NCBI RefSeq assembly: GCF_001194135.2 | Contig: NC_069000.1 | Span: 44,866 to 79,250 of the forward strand | DNA: 34,385 nucleotides | Direction of reading: 5' to 3' | Source: Octopus bimaculoides | Taxonomy: Eukaryota | Part shown: positions 10,555 through 22,245 of the stretch, piece after piece | How the letters are laid out: every line of letters starts with the position of its first letter | Numbering within the stretch: the first letter of the stretch is position 1 | The notes under the pieces: model-generated | What the model was told of the DNA's origin: nothing | The model's input: only the letters and a program-made list of their open reading frames with translations | The model's database searches: none | Made by a program: the position numbers and the translations under genes

Positions 10555-11352
10555 CACCCAGAGTGTTTGAGCGGTTCCAGCAGTGCTGCTTTCTGAAAGT
10601 GCTCCACTCTTATTGCAGCCCATATTTGTTCCATGTACTTCTCAAGATTTTCACTCATTGTTCCCAGGGCTCCGACAATTATTGGTACTACTTCCACCTT
10701 TTTCATCGACCACAACTGCTTAACCTTCCAAGCTAACCTGTCATTTCTACCGACTTTACTTTCTTCCTTATCGCATACCCTGTTGTCAGCCTGACCTTCT
10801 TACTTCCAATATAGCGGTTCTGTGGCATTTTTTACATACCATGCTATGTTGTTTTCTTCTGCTCTAATGCTGTGTTCGCATCCAATCAGTCCTCTTCCAC
10901 TTCTTTTTCTTGGTACATACAGTCTGTGTGTGTCACTTTTTGGGTGGAGTATCCCATATCTGGTCATCAACTTCCTTGTCTTTCTGTCTAAGCTGTTTAG
11001 TTCGTCTACTGTCTGTGCGATCACTCCTGCTCCATATCTAAGGAGGTGTTGATAGATCCAATCTTATTCCGTCCGTTTAATTTTGACTTAAGGATCAGTC
11101 TCAGTCTGCACAAGTACTCCACCTTAAATTTTTCTGTCATTTCTTTCTCCATCAATTTATCCATTTCCAAAATCCCCAAGTACTTATAACCCGTCTCTTC
11201 TATCTGCTTCATAACTTCCCCTGACGGTATCGTTAGTCCGTCCATACATTTAATTTTGCCTCTCTTCAAGACTAACACACCACACTTTCTCAGTCCGAAC
11301 CCCATTCTGATATCAGCACTGAAGGTATACACCGTATCAACGAGGGAACTGA
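10555..11352 (-). mobile_element. R4/Dong-like (restriction-like endonuclease) non-LTR retrotransposon, 5'-truncated, frameshifted, internally deleted
   Basis: SLVDTVYTFSADIRMGFGLRKCGVLVLKRGK...YKYLGILE...KLNGRNKIGSIN, LDRKTRKLMT...HPKSDTHRLYVPRKRSGRGL and KVEVVPIIVGALG...QKAALL. Confidence 0.85.
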
Positions 11353-11942
11353 TATGGTGTCAATTCCGTCCTCCACTTCGCCATACTTTTTCCAAGTAAT
11401 CGCTCTACATTCGATGCAATACCAAATAGATTTTTTTATTATTATTTTATTTTTGGATGGTTTCGTAAAGGTTTGTCTTTACAGCGTTTACTTTTTGACA
11501 GAACACCGCCCATGGACATGTGTTGATGTTTGTCTCGTATTGATAATTATCATTGGTGTATAAGCGAGGGATTTGTAAGAAACGGTAATGTGCATATATA
11601 GAGAGGTCACGCAATCACTCCTATCGACTCTGCTAAGGCTGCAGAAATAGAACAAGTTTCGGGCATTTATTAAAAACAAAGAAAACTCTGTGATAAGTAA
11701 ATGACAAAAGCGAGAAAGTAAACACAAACAGTATTTCCCCCCCACACACACACACACACATACCCATACACAGACACGCACATCTACACTCTCTCTCTCT
11801 CTCACACACACACACATATACAGGCACAACGGCAATAGCATTTGCAGCGCAATATAAACATTGATGTACACGAAGATGCAGTGGTGTCGAATACCGATTC
11901 CGTACAATTAATGGCTGACTTAAAAGGATTTTCCATTTTCAG

Positions 11943-12056
11943 GGAATAACGATGTTGATTCTAGCGACTGATATGGCGAGACATGCTGAGATTATGGACA
12001 AATTTAATTCAATACTTTCTGATTTCAACTTCGAAAACAAGGATCACTTGAATACG
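11943..12056 (+). CDS. PDE9A: PDE9A-like exon (absent from the ORF track)
   Basis: ccattttcag|GITMLILATDMARHAEIMDKFNSILSDFNFENKDHLNT|gtaaag, 114 nt; contains the conserved ILATDMARH. Confidence 0.96.
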
Positions 12057-12112
12057 GTAAAGTCTCCAATTATTTAGCTTCCCTTTCACTTGGCTTCGTT
12101 CTCTCTTTCTCT

Positions 12113-12115
12113 CCT

Positions 12116-12203
<88 letters not shown>
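12113..12203. repeat. (TTTC)n microsatellite
   Basis: Direct reading. Confidence 0.97.
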
Positions 12204-12229
12204 TTGCATTTTAATAGTCGTTGTAGATG

Positions 12230-12595
12230 CAATGGTGGTAATGGTGATAGTGGCGATGGTAGTGGCAGCGATCCTGACATTGGTGATGAGGTGGNNNNNN
12301 NNNNNNNNNNNNNNNNNNNNNNNNNNNNNNNNNNNNNNNNNNNNNNNNNNNNNNNNNNNNNNNNNNNNNNNNNNNNNNNNNNNNNNNNNNNNNNNNNNNN
12401 NNNNNNNNNNNNNNGTGGTGGTGGTGGTGGTGGTGGTGGTAGTAGAGGTGGTGGTTGCATTAGGTTTGCTGATGGTGGTCTTGGTGGTGAGGGTGCTAGT
12501 GGTAGCGGGGTGTTGGTGATGGTGATGACGATGTGGTGATGGGTGGGGATGGTGACAATAGTAGCGACGACGACGATGATGATGATGATATCAAT
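12230..12595. repeat. Degenerate (GGT/GAT)n tract with gap; a similar tract lies at about 12855-12990
   Basis: GGT-rich triplet repeats bracket exon 12606-12839. Confidence 0.9.
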
Positions 12596-12605
12596 GTCAT
12601 TTCAG

Positions 12606-12839
12606 CTGAAGATGGTCCTCATCAAGTGTTGCGACATTTCCAACGAAGTGCGTCCAATGGAAGTGTCCGAGCCATGGGTCGACTGTCTCCTGGAGGAGTA
12701 CTTTAACCAGGCTGACCGGGAGAAGCTGGAAGGGCTCCCAGTGGCACCGTTCATGGACCGAGACAAAGTCACGAAACCTTCGGCTCAGATCGGCTTCATT
12801 AAGTTTGTCCTCTTGCCCATGTTCCAGAGTGTTGCTAAG
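12606..12839 (+). CDS. PDE9A: PDE9A-like exon (catalytic Asp, substrate pocket, invariant Gln)
   Basis: catttcag|[78 protein letters not shown]|gtaagt, 234 nt; keeps the PDE9-typical SNEVRP Glu, EEYF Tyr and AQIGF Gln. Confidence 0.98.
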
Positions 12840-14129
12840 GTAAGTTGTTGTTGCTAGTGGTGACGGTGATGGTAGCGGTGGTGGTACGGTTGTTGGTGTG
12901 AACGGCGAGAGTGGCGGTGGTGGTGATGAGTATTATTGTTTTTGTTGTAAGAAGTGGTGGTAGAGGCAGCAGTGGAAGTGATGCTAATGATGGTTTGAGT
13001 CTTTTGATGAACAAGTAAAGATGGTTTTACCCATATTCATTTCCCTTTCTTTACTTTCATTGATTTTTTTTGTCCCCTAGACTTATATGATTAATATTAA
13101 TTTAATCCTTCGAGGCCAACCTTCCTTGGCGTTATTTGATCTTGTGTCTGGGATCCTGAGCCATTTGTGCCCAGCTCTGACAGGGATTAGAAGCAAAGCT
13201 TTCATAATGAGGTTTTCCCAGAGTTATCATCCAGAAATATATTTACAAATTCAATGGTCTTAGACTGACCATTTACGCTATCTGGACTGTTTCTGGGCCC
13301 TCAATTTGGAGTATTAAATGGATCTGTGTCAAAGGTTTTTGCATTGTTTTGTAGTGCCCCCCACCCCACCTTTTTTGGCACCCCTTGATTCATTTTCTGA
13401 ATCCTTTTTGCTGCAGCTGCCTTCATTTGCTTCACTGTTCGTCATCATCAGAAGCATCTGGCTAATCCACATCATTTTCGGCGTCCAATTCATTAAACTC
13501 ATTTAATATGCCAAGCACTTCACTGAGAGTGTATAGCTTCTGACTGTTGCATTTTGATCCTGACTACCCAGGCTCATAAAATTTTAAAATCATAAATTTT
13601 AAATTCTATTTAAATAGAAATTAAGAAAATTTAAAATTCAAAAACTTTTATATAAAAGAAATATTACAATTATTCTTTAAATTTAATAAAATTTAAATTT
13701 AAAAAAGACCCTTGGATGGAAAAATGGCAGAACGGTGAACTCGAACCATCTATGTAGATTAACCGGACGTTCGCGATGCATTGTATCCCCGTCATAAGGC
13801 TTTCTTTCTACACACGCCAGCTTAATTTAATTCGTCCTTAGTCGAAAGACACCTGTTGTCATGTCCTGTTATTATTTTTATTATATTTGTGTAACGTTGT
13901 CCATTTTTTCCCCGTCCTTGTTTTTGTATACATTCGCTGCTTTCTTCCAAGGAATCTAATGCTCTTACCTTAGTTTTTCCTTGGGGCTGGCCAAATTGGA
14001 GCAATATTGAGAATAACCAGCCGAAATTGCAAAGATAATCTGGATCTCGACTGAGGAAAGAAAACTCTGAATGACCTGTCCTTGTTTTCTTTGTATCGTC
14101 TATCTGGATGTTTTGTCCCTTTCTTGTCC

Positions 14130-14191
<62 letters not shown>

Positions 14192-14648
14192 GCATGACTG
14201 TGGTTTGCTTCCGATCCACATAGTTCTGAGTTCAGTTCTACTGCGTGATACCTTGGGCAAGCGCCTGCTACTATAGCCTTGGGCTGCGAAAACGCTTGTG
14301 AGTGGACGGAACTGAAAGAATCCAGTCGTATGTATGTATGTGTGTATGTGTGTATGTATGTGTGTATGTATGTATGTATGTATGTATGTATGTATGTATG
14401 TATGTATGTTTATACGTTGTGTTGTGCGAAGCAGCGTTGAATAAAACATATCCATATGAAATCGTAATCTCATATTCAACACGTTCGATTACACTCAGAT
14501 GCAAAGATAATCCCCAAGTCTTCACCTAAATATGTGTTAAAACATAAGGTACACTGTGAATTACGTCACACATGTCGAAGAAAATTTGCTCTCCACAGTG
14601 GAAGATCTTCTCACGTCCGAGTGCAATTGAACGTATTGAAATGACTTT

Positions 14649-14693
<45 letters not shown>

Positions 14694-14774
14694 CGTGCGT
14701 GCTGATTCGAAATCAGATTTTGAATTAAAACAAACACTTTATAAAATGAATTTTTACAATTTTTATTTCCACAG

Positions 14775-14868
14775 CTTTTTCCTAAAATTGAATCGTCTAT
14801 GGTAGTACAGTTAGAGGGAGCACTAGAACGGTACGAGGAGATGAAATTACACGATGATGCTCGTAAAA
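14775..14868 (+). CDS. PDE9A: PDE9A-like exon, end of catalytic domain (absent from the ORF track)
   Basis: ttttatttccacag|LFPKIESSMVVQLEGALERYEEMKLHDDARK-a|gtaagt; cf. PDE9A [31 protein letters not shown]. Confidence 0.9.
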
Positions 14869-15740
14869 GTAAGTGTCAGGACAGAAGGGCAACACATTGA
14901 TGTAAACTAAACCGACTTTTCGAAGTATATTGCATATTAAACTGCCTCAACAAAATGAGTCGATAAAATAAGTACCAGGCAGAAATATATACTGGGATCA
15001 TATGATCGATCCTTGAAATCGGTGCTCCAGTTTCGTCGCAACCAAATTAAATATTTACAGTGATAGAGTGTAAGAAGGTTTACGCCAGCGACATTCTGTA
15101 AGAATTTATGTGAAAGACAGAAAACAGTAGGAAAAGATATGAGATTGTGGGGGAGAGGTTCTCTTCATAACAATGTGATTTTGAGTTCGAACCCACCACA
15201 CCTTAGGAGAGTTTCTTCTATGATCTTGTGTCAACCAAAGCCCTGCATCTAGAATTTAGTGGACGGAAACTGTGTGGAAATAGATCGGACTGACTGTTGT
15301 TGCTCATGGGCTTTGGGTTCGTTTATTGTCCATTTGTCACACTAGAATTACTTCTTCCTATTCTTTCCCGTTATATAAGCGTGTGTGTGTATCAACCGTG
15401 TGTATAAATGTAAACAAATATTTGGTCTTTTATCTGAAGCGTTGAAATGTGTATTGTACGATGATATTTATTTCGAACGCAGAGCTGCCGTTAAAACAGC
15501 AGAAATACTGAGAAAATTACCTTTAAAAGGCGAAAAAACTTGTCAACAACCAGGAATGGTTGTTAACAATTTTTTCCGCAGCTCTGCGTTCGAAGAAATG
15601 TAATCTTCTTATTTGTATTATAGATGGATCTTGTTCAAAACGGGGGCACCAGTTTTCATTAATGTCTTATGTAGTGTTTTTGGTACCGAAAGACTTTCAA
15701 ACTTCGTGTACTTATCTATTTTGTGTTTGTGTATGTGCGA

Positions 15741-15856
<116 letters not shown>

Positions 15857-16479
15857 GGAGAAGTTAATAATAGCTCAATCGAAGACTGATGCTGAGGTGT
15901 GGAAGCGGCCAGGAGTGGGGAGTTATCTGCAGGCTGAGAAAGTCTTCGCTTGCATCAGAGCCAACTTCTCAAAATGCACCTACGAGGGCGGGGCAGTTAG
16001 TATTGTGAGACTGTGTATAGTGTTTTAACTCTGGCATGGTTTTACGGTTAAGAATATGTATGCAAGTACGTGTGTTTGTGTGCGTGCGTGCGTGGCTGAA
16101 TGCATATTCTCTCTGTTTTGATACATGAGCACAGAATGCAAGCAACAAATTACTGTTAATACAAACGGTGTCGTTTTGTCTGCATCCTTCGCGAACACTC
16201 GTCTAAACTATAGAACAGGGGAAAACTTGTGGAAGATATCCTTTAGTTGGAAGAGCATCCGTCTTCCAAACCCTTTGACCGAAACCGTTCCAACATGAAA
16301 AGTAGTCGTTAAACGAACCCAGAAACTATAAACAATGTATTTCCACACAGTTCTCGTCAATCAAATTCCATCCAAGGGGCTTTGGCTGATACAAGACTAT
16401 CGTAGAAGACACTTTCCATGATTCCATGCTGTGGGTCCAAAGTTTCAAGACGCAAAAGAAACAAGTGTTTCGTTGGTGT

Positions 16480-17310
16480 TGATATAATCAAAATAAGATT
16501 TCTTGTCGCTATTGATGACATAATTCCATTTATTTAGTAAATTGTTGATCCGTTTGTTGTAAAATTATTCAGGTTTCGAAGCAGAAGAGTGCTCGGAATA
16601 ATTTTTAGCCTCTGCACAAGTAATAAACTGTTTTCTCTGTAAATAATGTTGCAATGATCTGAAATGGAGCAAGGTCAGGAGGATAAGGCAAATCTTCCGC
16701 ATTTAGTACCATAATCTTTTATTGAGTGTCTTGATCGATAACTGGTCTGACATCACCATATAAGGATAACGTCCTTTTATGTTTTCTTGTTTTTGCAAAT
16801 TTTTGTGCGACGCTTCCAATTGACGGCAATACTTCTCTGTTTCATTTTGGTTTAACTCTATGATAAATAACACCCTACATATCCTACCAAACAGAGAGCA
16901 TAACTTTTCTTAGAGATGTATTCTCCTTTCTTCTTGGGTGCTAACCATTGTCATTTTCGTTGAATGCGGTTATAGAGAACCCACTTTCCATCACTTGCGA
17001 TAATTCTACTCCGGAAAGGTTCGGTAGCAAGCCTATTCTTCATTGAGTAAAGGGCAACCTTTTTGAGCTAAAAAGCAATCAGATGATGTGGGACCCAAAG
17101 ACCAAGCTTAGAGCACTTTTTCTAGATCATGAATGTATTTTATGATCGAATTGTGAATTGAACTACTTTGCTAATCCTCGTGCAGTTTGCTTGGATTTTT
17201 CTCCACATCGATTTTCAGAAGCTCAGTATTGACAGAACTTGGTCATTCAGATCGATTCCTTTGTAGGTCATTCGAGCCTTCTGGATGTGAGGAAATCGAG
17301 CTATTTTCAG
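16480..17310 (-). mobile_element. Decayed mariner (DD34D-type) transposase
   Basis: Motifs in the expected order across stops and frameshifts: VEKNP..QTARGLA, KLGLWVPHHL (WVPHEL), EPFRSRIIASDGKWVLYN, PYPPDLAP (YSPDLAP), SKPE*FYNKRINNLLNKWNYVINSD. Confidence 0.85.
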
Positions 17311-17334
17311 GCCGTTTTTTTTTTTTTTCTCCAG

Positions 17335-17381
17335 TTACATACAACAGAATGGACGGGTCTCTAAAGGGCCTTAACAGCTAG
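17335..17381 (+). CDS. PDE9A: Candidate terminal PDE9A exon (ITYNRMDGSLKGLNS*)
   Basis: Strong acceptor (T)14ctccag; phase compatible with the phase-1 donor at 14868; no homology support. Confidence 0.3.
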
Positions 17382-18789
17382 ATGAAGAGGTCAAACCGAA
17401 TAAGGATTAGGTTCACCGCTTGTGTAGGATGGATTTTTCTGCAGTTTCTCTCAACCCACTTTCACCGACCGATAAGACTTCAGTTAATCTCTTGGCTACA
17501 GTAGATAATACTTGCTTATGGTATGAAGCATCATGATAGAGCATGGAATCGAGTGATTGGGAATGTAACTTCTAAACCATAAAGCTGTATCTATAGCCAT
17601 AAGTCCTGTTGACGTTTGGGGATTCTGTCTTCAATTTACATCCTACATCAACTCTGGGGTCTAACGTCCATTCAAAAACCTAAACTCCATTCCTGCCCTC
17701 ACCATCAGGAATAGTTTATTACATTAGAAGCCAGCGAGGGGCTTCAATGAAGTTCCTTGATTTTCTGGAAATAGCAGTTGATTCTCCCTCAAAGAAAAAG
17801 GCAAATACGTTAGATAACAAGAATATATATCAAAAATAAAAGATGTACCTCCTCCAAACCATACCTGGCTGCCTTTAAAAAAGAGGAAGACAAATTGTAC
17901 AATGCGGTTCTTGGTCACACTGACTAAGAATTAAGATGGGGTGTTCACGACTAAAGCATTATTTGTCATAGAGTTGCTACACAATCAAAGTTGACATGGA
18001 GTTAAAAAATTATTATATCTTTTATTGACTAATAAATTATTCTCTTGGTTAATATTTTTTACTCAAATCACTCAGCTGTATTTTAATTATTTCAGATAAA
18101 TAAACCAAAGCGTTTGGTGGCTGTGATATTTGGTTGACCAAGATACCACAGATTGTTTAGTAGGTACACTGAGAAAAAAAAAAGAACCAAATAGATGAGA
18201 GAACGAGAGAAACACATTGAAAGACACTGAAAGATGTTTGTCACTGCGAACTACAACAAGAAGTACAGCAACAACATTTTAAGACTACTTCTTTTTCATT
18301 CCTATATATATATATATCGCAAGAACAGCACCAAGAGCAGTGCCAAATGAAAGGACTAAATTTTTTTTTTATGGGAATGAAAGGAATTTTGAATAAGTTG
18401 CGTAGCCTTAAACTATCGACTTGAAACATGAAAAATATTAGGATCGCTCTACGCACCATCGCTACACTGGACTAAAATACAATGTCTGAAGTGTGTACTA
18501 GAGAAAATTATGCTACACCTCCATTACACTACATTGCATAACACTAAACTCTTCTGTTCTACACTTCAAAATCCCTCAGTACCTTTGCACTACATTAAAC
18601 TAACACACACTGCACGAGTACACTGCATCCTAGAAAAACCACTTCACTTATTGCTTAGAAAAAATGATTAACATCTCAAACACGTTCACCGTGCTCGACT
18701 GGCCATGCCAAAATTTCGCCTCTTCCAGTACAAAATGAAAGTGATGTAGATAGTGTAACCAAGAAATATAGAGAGCTACATAGATCTAT

Positions 18790-19100
18790 CAAACATTATA
18801 AAACCACATAGTGTAGTTTCTGTGCATTTTTCTATGTAAACTACGTAGAACTATATAGTAACTATTTTGCAATACATAGATAGCTATATAGAAATAGGTA
18901 ACTATGTAGAACTACGTAGATAATTAGACTAAACTATCCAAAATTACACAGAAACTGAAGAAATGTCTACATTCCACAGAAAACTGCATACAAATGGCAA
19001 ATCACTGACTGGCAAACTTAAAAAAACTACGGAAGCCATACAGAGCTGCGTAGCTGCCCGTAGGGAACTCTATAGAAAGTAGACTGCACTAAATAAAATA
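18790..19100. repeat. Degenerate minisatellite-like tract rich in aactacgtag/aactatatag units
   Basis: Recurrent units of about 10-11 nt; period irregular. Confidence 0.45.
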
Positions 19101-19733
19101 TGCCTGAAACTACACTTTAAAAATGCGTAGAAAACACAATACAGTCACACTCCAATATTTCAACCCTTTCCCCCCCTCNNNNNNNNNNNNNNNNNNNNNN
19201 NNNNNNNNNNNNNNNNNNNNNNNNNNNNNNNNNNNNNNNNNNNNNNNNNNNNNNNNNNNNNNNNNNNNNNNNNNNNNNNNNNNNNNNNNNNNNNNNNNNN
19301 NNNNNNNNNNNNNNNNNNNNNNNNNNNNNNNNNNNNNNNNNNNNNNNNNNNNNNNNNNNNNNNNNNNNNNNNNNNNNNNNNNNNNNNNNNNNNNNNNNNN
19401 NNNNNNNNNNNNNNNNNNNNNNNNNNNNNNNNNNNNNNNNNNNNNNNNNNNNNNNNNNNNNNNNNNNNNNNNNNNNNNNNNNNNNNNNNNNNNNNNNNNN
19501 NNNNNNNNNNNNNNNNNNNNNNNNNNNNNNNNNNNNNNNNNNNNNNNNNNNNNNNNNNNNNNNNNNNNNNNNNNNNNNNNNNNNNNNNNNNNNNNNNNNN
19601 NNNNNNNNNNNNNNNNNNNNNNNNNNNNNNNNNNNNNNNNNNNNNNNNNNNNNNNNNNNNNNNNNNNNNNNNNNNNNNNNNNNNNTATTTACCAAAATTA
19701 TACAAAAATATCTTAAAATACTAAAGAGTAAAT

Positions 19734-20424
19734 TTATTCAATAAAATCGCCACTGGCTTTAACCACAGCCTCCAGACGACTTTGGAATGTCCTGCAACTG
19801 TTTTGGGCGGTCTCCTTGTTTAAGTTGGTGAATGCAGCCGTAATCCTTGCCTTCAATTCACTTTTGGTGTTACAAGGAGTTTTGCTTGTCTCTCGCTCAT
19901 CTGCATTCCACGCATGATAATCAAGGGGTTAGGTGGCCAGATGTTAGGGGTGATGTGGTTGCAGAAATTGTCTGACAGCCATGAATGGGTTCTCCTGCTT
20001 GTGTGACATGGTGCAGAGTCGTTCGAAGTATAGGGTCTTCCAGCAACCACCCTCTTGACCCAGGACAGCACTACCTCCTCCAGTCACTTGATGTCGGCTT
20101 CCGTGTTGAGTCAGATGCCATGTAAGAAGATGAATGGAGCCCCGCCATCATTAGTGATCACTCCAAACACCAGGATGTAGACTGATGTCTGATTTTTATC
20201 ACTCTTGGTACATGTCCTCAGATTGACACCCAAACACTCTGAAATGGTCATACTGGAGCTTCCAGCGTGAATGCCGAGTAGTATAGCATGTCGTTTCCAA
20301 TTTTTTGGCAGAGTGGATTGCGTCATGATCCCGTTTTTCTCACAATCGACAAAATCAAAAACAAACAATACGCATAGTTGAAATTAAAAATACAAAATGG
20401 CAATAATTTACCCATTGCACCCTG
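19734..20424 (-). mobile_element. Decayed Tc1/mariner element (maT/DD37D-like)
   Basis: DSAPCHTSRRTHSWLSDNF...NIWPPN and C-terminal FQSRLEAVVKASGDFIE*; the putative 5' TIR CAGGGTGCAATGGGTAAATT sits next to a (TA)n tract. Confidence 0.8.
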
Positions 20425-20426
20425 TG

Positions 20427-20466
<40 letters not shown>

Positions 20467-20949
20467 TTTGATCAAAAGATTAAATGTGGTACTTAAAATG
20501 TTTGAGGCACCAGAATTTGGTAGGGTAAAAACCAAAAACAAAATCAAGAGATTTGGTGGATAAAATTTGAAGAAAAGCAACAGAAATTCAATAGGTTATA
20601 GCAGTACATACGTTTCGTACAAACTTCATTTATTCATGTAGTGAGAACACTAATATCAGTGTAGTCCTTCGTTATTTGAAGTGGAAAATAAACCCCCAAT
20701 TTATTGATAATTAAAATGTTTTATTACTAAAAATTGAAAGGGTACAGTTAGTTTACCAAATCAAAACCATTTTTAGCACATTTTTAAACTCCTAATCTTG
20801 GTAAATTCAACACCTTTTGAACATTTTCACATGGCAATGCTGTCTCTTTGACAAAAAACACATCCCTATCAAACAAATCAACTATTTAAATAAATGCATT
20901 TTCTTTGGTTTTAATAAGATTTCACTTAAAAGATATTAGCACAAAACTA

Positions 20950-22200
20950 TGTGAGAAGAAGATACTAACCTAAAGTGCATAAGGTGAGACTGAACTAGAA
21001 AGAAGATATTAGAGACAGAGGCAGTTTTAATACTGTGGTAGATCGCAAGAAAGAAACTCTCCTGTTGTACCAAAAGTCAATATAAGAGTTTCTCTCATGG
21101 TATCTGCTGCAGTATAGTCTGTTCTAACAGAACACCCACATTTCAGACACCTGGATGTCTTTTTTAATCCATTACAACTCCCAAGTCCAACACTATTTTT
21201 TCACTCTGGTATAACAATTTCTTTAGGCATTTAAGTTCTTTTGTCTTTAATAACTTTGAGGTTTTTACTACTTTCACAATCGTAATACCCTTGATATAAC
21301 TCATGAAGCTGTCTCAGTGGACAACTGAGGATAAGCCTGATATAGAAATTTCAAACAATGTCCCCAAAAAGAAAAAAAAGTAGTCCCCTCAATTGTAACC
21401 TGCAGAATGGTTAACCATTCATTAAATGCAGATATGTAAATATTGGAAAGGTACTGAGGTAAGGGTGCATCATTAGTAAAAACAAGATTTCTGTCAATGA
21501 GGAAATTAAAAAAACCATTTACCAAGTTTCTGACTTCTATAGTAGTCACAAATTTCATGGACTATTGCTGTGTGGTCATCTTTATCAGAAGCCTTTGTCA
21601 AGTCCAAATACATGCCTTCTACTTTTGATTGGTAAAGTAGCTGCTTTCACATTCAATCCTAATGTTGCAGTATTTGTATGGGCATTTTTTTGCTTGGACA
21701 GAATCTATATTGTGTTTTACACAAGTTATTTTACTCTTGGAACAGTATCAATTTGTGTCTGATGCTGAATTCTGTGATTTAACTGGTAGATGAAGTCAAA
21801 GATGAATGCCTATAATGTTTTATGTTTCTTCTGCTTCCTCATTAATGGCGAGAACATACAACAGCTCTTTTATTGCTAATGGGAATTTTAATGTTTTCCA
21901 GAAGATTTTGAAAAGAAACTAAAGGACTTTGGTTGGGGGATTTTTACATATTTTTAGGAGAATTGCTGGGAAGCAATCGGGGTCCGATGCTGAGTTTATA
22001 TGTATTTCGTCTGAAACAGTTATTCCATCAATTTCTTCTATGTCCATGTAAAGCTGTGCTATTAAAAGTCTTTGTTGGCTGAGTTGTGTACCAGGAAAAT
22101 GGTGAAGATATTAGAAGAGTCAGATATGCCATTCAGTTCTTTATTCTTTCAAAATGTAGTAGTATTAACATTATCGAGACATGTCACCATGTCACTGATG
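20950..22200 (-). mobile_element. Highly decayed CR1/L2-like LINE RT region
   Basis: SASDPDCFPAILLKIC (GPDxxPAxLLKxC), IKRAVV, HYRHSSLTS (NYRPISLTS), TQYRF and FFNFLIDR across many stops. Confidence 0.65.
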
Positions 22201-22245
22201 TTCAACTTCATCAGAGAGTGCTCTTCACAATAATGAAAAAACAAA

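Noticed and set aside
13100-13480. Possible LINE RT traces (QKGFRK, KTFDT) on the minus strand
   Set aside because: Too degenerate to support a call.
15874-16030. Phase-compatible open frame (TQSKTDAEVWKRPG...) after the (GA)n tract
   Set aside because: No polypyrimidine tract and no recognisable homology.
16573-16601. Candidate last PDE9 exon SFEAEECSE*
   Set aside because: Weak acceptor, and the sequence is the antisense of the mariner transposase C-terminus.
20605-20640. GAAACGUA hammerhead-like tail on the minus strand (similar GAAACGU hits near 6995 and 27100)
   Set aside because: No CUGANGA-compatible core or no stable stem II.
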